The notes under the pieces are model-generated. The model made no database searches, was not told the origin of the DNA, and was given only the letters and a program-made list of their open reading frames with translations. A program made the translations under genes and the position numbers. Positions 63,673 through 64,000 of a stretch of 64,000 bases of DNA are shown in pieces. The DNA is from Candidatus Acidiferrales bacterium. GTDB taxonomy: Bacteria > Acidobacteriota > Terriglobia > Acidiferrales > UBA7541. The stretch covers positions 3,065 to 67,064 of the forward strand of contig DATNKM010000063.1 of NCBI GenBank assembly GCA_035603395.1, written 5' to 3'. Within the stretch, counting starts at the first letter, position 1, and the number at the start of each line of letters is the position of its first letter.

Positions 63673-64000
63673 AAGGATTGTTCCACCGTCGTCGTATGGG
63701 ATATGGGGGTTCGCGCGCCGTGATCGAGCAGAAGTTTCAAAGTGCCGGCTTTCGCGCCTTCCGCGGCGTCACTTAGCGGGGTCTCGCCGCGGAAGTTTCG
63801 TGTGGAGACGTTTGCTCCTTTGTCGAGCAACAGGCGCACGATTTCCGTGCGGTCGTTTAGCGCGGCAAGCATCAGGGCCGTCGTGCCGTCCTGGTACGTG
63901 CTGTCGACGCTGACTCCTTCACTGAGAAGACGGCGAACCGCTGCGAGATCGCCCGTTTCGGATGCTTTCAGCAGCTGCTGGTTCGAAGGTGTCGAAGGAG
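63669..64000 (-). CDS. Ankyrin-repeat protein, upstream fragment (5' end beyond the right edge)
   Basis: Reverse translation from the window edge gives ...QQLLKASETGDLAAVRRLLSEGVSVDSTYQDGTTALMLAALNDRTEIVRLLLDKGANVSTRNFRGETPLSDAAEGAKAGTLKLLLDHGAR, followed by a short out-of-frame tail and a stop at 63669. Confidence 0.6.
   Translation of the reverse strand, partial: PSTPSNQQLLKASETGDLAAVRRLLSEGVSVDSTYQDGTTALMLAALNDRTEIVRLLLDKGANVSTRNFRGETPLSDAAEGAKAGTLKLLLDHGARTPISHTTTVEQSL

Overview
High-GC (~60%) bacterial chromosomal segment. The gene content points to Acidobacteriota: a ~1150-aa CarboxypepD_reg-type TonB-dependent receptor, an M56 BlaR1-like protein fused to a TIGR03435-type domain, and many SDR/NTF2/MFS genes. 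I support about 55 protein genes. They are: atpF'-atpF-atpH-atpA (partial, left edge); a TonB-dependent receptor; a DUF255 thioredoxin-domain protein; a BlaI/BlaR1-like pair; DUF885; DUF2203; moaA preceded by a probable Moco riboswitch with a terminator; a YcxB-like protein; a stand-alone DnaC/IstB-like ATPase; a dnaK-dnaJ-hspR operon with a clear sigma70 promoter and a HAIR-like repeat; DsbA-like plus MauE/DoxX; an MBOAT / tiny membrane protein / SGNH-like cassette; an M23 peptidase; thiL; PBP1A; a small redox cluster (DUF6152, bacilliredoxin, truncated globin, glutathione peroxidase); two minus-strand catabolic-looking operons (carotenoid/lignostilbene-type oxygenase-MFS-SDR-amidohydrolase, and ALDH-flavin reductase-NTF2-SDR) flanking a class III cyclase and a dihaem cytochrome c; a TrmJ-like methyltransferase; a TlpA-like redoxin; a PQQ propeller with an N-terminal cytochrome c domain; an orphan TonB; an aldo/keto reductase; a TetR regulator between two MFS exporters; and an ankyrin-repeat gene that runs off the right edge. 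I saw no rRNA, tRNA, CRISPR array, transposase or integrase. The observation most worth follow-up is the compact MBOAT / 61-65 aa protein ending in FIYIDF / DltD-like cassette (22975-25375), which looks like a DltB-DltX-DltD-type acyl relay without DltA/DltC in a diderm. Other points are: two apparent frameshifts (a Met-rich secreted protein near 33960, and the ankyrin gene at a GC tract near 63715); a perfect 32-bp palindrome between dnaK and dnaJ; and an 810-bp lower-GC divergent intergenic region (57212-58021) with repeated motifs. All calls come from reading the sequence and the ORF translations plus remembered family signatures. No database search was run.
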